The position numbers and the translations under genes were made by a program. Shown here in pieces: positions 62,131 through 64,000 of a DNA stretch of 64,000 bases. Location: NCBI GenBank assembly GCA_033442325.1, contig JAWQFM010000011.1:393131-457130 (forward strand). Reading direction: 5' to 3'. The notes beneath the pieces are model-generated. The model was not told the DNA's origin. It saw only the letters and a list, made by a program, of their open reading frames with translations, and searched no databases. Each line of letters begins with the position of its first letter. Position 1 is the first letter of the stretch. The stretch is from Salpingoeca rosetta (lineage: Eukaryota > Protista > Choanoflagellata).

Positions 62131-62580
62131 GGCGGGGCGTGTCTGGGACTGCCAAGCGCGTGATGCTGATCGCTCTCGGTGCCCTTTCTGGGCTGAGTGC
62201 TCACAGTGTTGGTGTCGCTGCTGTTGGTGTCGTTGGCGCTGTTGCGACTGAGGATGGACAGGGGTGGCCAACGGCGCAACATCGCTGGCGGCGGCTTGTG
62301 TTCCGCGGCAGTACCGCTGGCGCTGGATCTTGGCGAGGCGAAGCAGCCGTGTGTGAGCCTGCTGCGCACTCTCAAACGCCCGCAGCCCTGTCAGGTCTTC
62401 ACCGTGGCCGTGTCGGTCGTAAGACACAAAATCCTCCACGCGTGGCGGCAGCAAGTCCACGGGCTTCACACTGAGTGCCTTGCATGCTCGCAACGAGCGT
62501 GGGCTCGTTAACACCCGCTCGCTGTGCGCAAACCCCGGTGACAAGAAGTTGTCCAAGTTGATGCTCCTCCGTTTCTTCAT
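61405..62580 (-). CDS. Coiled-coil protein, CCDC177/CCDC185 (DUF4659)-like; 5' end may extend into gap
   Basis: INLDNF...RVLTSPRSLRACKALSVKPVDLLP matches the recalled CCDC177 N-terminal motif YVLTSPRSLEAC...VKPVELL. It is followed by a low-complexity linker and an R/E-rich coiled coil. The Met at 62580 directly follows a (CA)nCAG acceptor. Confidence 0.65.
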
Positions 62581-62617
62581 CTGTGTGTGTGTGTGCGTCT
62601 GTGTGTTTGTGTGTTTG

Positions 62618-62650
<33 letters not shown>

Positions 62651-62719
62651 CTGTGTGTGTGTGCGTCTGTGTGTTTGTGTGTTTGTGTGTGTGTTTGTGT
62701 CTGTGTCTGTGTGTGTGTG

Positions 62720-63454
62720 NNNNNNNNNNNNNNNNNNNNNNNNNNNNNNNNNNNNNNNNNNNNNNNNNNNNNNNNNNNNNNNNNNNNNNNNNNNNNNNNN
62801 NNNNNNNNNNNNNNNNNNNNNNNNNNNNNNNNNNNNNNNNNNNNNNNNNNNNNNNNNNNNNNNNNNNNNNNNNNNNNNNNNNNNNNNNNNNNNNNNNNNN
62901 NNNNNNNNNNNNNNNNNNNNNNNNNNNNNNNNNNNNNNNNNNNNNNNNNNNNNNNNNNNNNNNNNNNNNNNNNNNNNNNNNNNNNNNNNNNNNNNNNNNN
63001 NNNNNNNNNNNNNNNNNNNNNNNNNNNNNNNNNNNNNNNNNNNNNNNNNNNNNNNNNNNNNNNNNNNNNNNNNNNNNNNNNNNNNNNNNNNNNNNNNNNN
63101 NNNNNNNNNNNNNNNNNNNNNNNNNNNNNNNNNNNNNNNNNNNNNNNNNNNNNNNNNNNNNNNNNNNNNNNNNNNNNNNNNNNNNNNNNNNNNNNNNNNN
63201 NNNNNNNNNNNNNNNNNNNNNNNNNNNNNNNNNNNNNNNNNNNNNNNNNNNNNNNNNNNNNNNNNNNNNNNNNNNNNNNNNNNNNNNNNNNNNNNNNNNN
63301 NNNNNNNNNNNNNNNNNNNNNNNNNNNNNNNNNNNNNNNNNNNNNNNNNNNNNNNNNNNNNNNNNNNNNNNNNNNNNNNNNNNNNNNNNNNNNNNNNNNN
63401 NNNNNNNNNNNNNNNNNNNNNNNNNNNNNNNNNNNNNNNNNNNNNNNNNNNNNN
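62720..63454. other. Assembly gap (N run)
   Basis: N run flanked by (TG)n repeats. Confidence 0.95.
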
Positions 63455-63546
<92 letters not shown>

Positions 63547-63688
63547 TGTGTGTGTGTGTGTGTGTGTTTGTGTATGTGAGCATGTGTCTGTCTGTCTGTG
63601 TATGTGTGTGTGTGTGCTGTCATGCACCAATTTCGCCTCACCTCCAGCCTCTCACTCGCATGCTATCCTGCCGCCCCCGTCATGTCAG

Positions 63689-63782
63689 GAGCCCCAACAT
63701 CAACATCAACCGAGACCCACGCTGGGGCCGCAACCAGGAAGTGCCCTCCGAGGACCCGCTCCTCAACGGCGAGTTTGGCAAA
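63689..63782 (+). CDS. Internal exon of a glycoside hydrolase family 3 (beta-xylosidase/beta-glucosidase) gene; rest lies in the gap and beyond the window
   Basis: AG/GT-bounded exon encoding (W)[25 protein letters not shown], the GH3 SPNINIxRDPRWGRxQExxxEDP signature. Confidence 0.85.
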
Positions 63783-64000
63783 GTGCGTACGCGGGACTGT
63801 CTGCTGTTGCTGGTGTTCGTGTGTGTGTGTCTGTGTGTGTGTGTGTCTGTATTTGTGTCTGTGTCTGTGTGTGTCTGCGTCTGTGTGTCTTGTCCTTCTG
63901 TCCCTCTGTTTGCTTGTTTGTTTGTGTGTGTGTGTGTGTGTGTGTGTGAGTGCTTGTGATTGAGAACACCTTTGCTTCTGTGTGTGCTCTTGCTTGCGCC

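Overview
This is eukaryotic, intron-rich, gene-dense DNA with (TG)n/(CA)n microsatellite-filled introns and two assembly gaps (5829-6375 and 62720-63454). Gene content (SH2-tailed cadherin, DYRK1, PP2A, GRP94) and repeat style point to a choanoflagellate, probably Salpingoeca rosetta-like (inference). Most short ORFs in the supplied track are microsatellite or antisense artefacts, so I rebuilt gene models by hand from splice phases. The 14 genes are: FN3-domain protein (partial, -), signal peptide + MRH-like domain + STRA6/RBP-receptor-family membrane protein (+), intronless GT23/FUT8-like glycosyltransferase (+), MMACHC/CblC (+), plant-type purple acid phosphatase (-), DENND6 with an internal deletion and frameshift (+), VWD-EGF-IPT-cadherin-TM-SH2 receptor (-), PP2A catalytic subunit (-), DYRK1 (+), a ~1750-aa Lipase3-MORN-Lipase3-GTPase protein (+), 5'-nucleotidase with two candidate alternative first exons (+), GRP94/HSP90B1 (+), CCDC177/185-like (-) and one exon of a GH3 glycosidase (+). 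The strongest novelty candidates are the MRH-STRA6 fusion receptor, the double-lipase/MORN/GTPase protein, and the complementary GT...CA intron architecture. All family assignments come from motif recognition, not from database searches.
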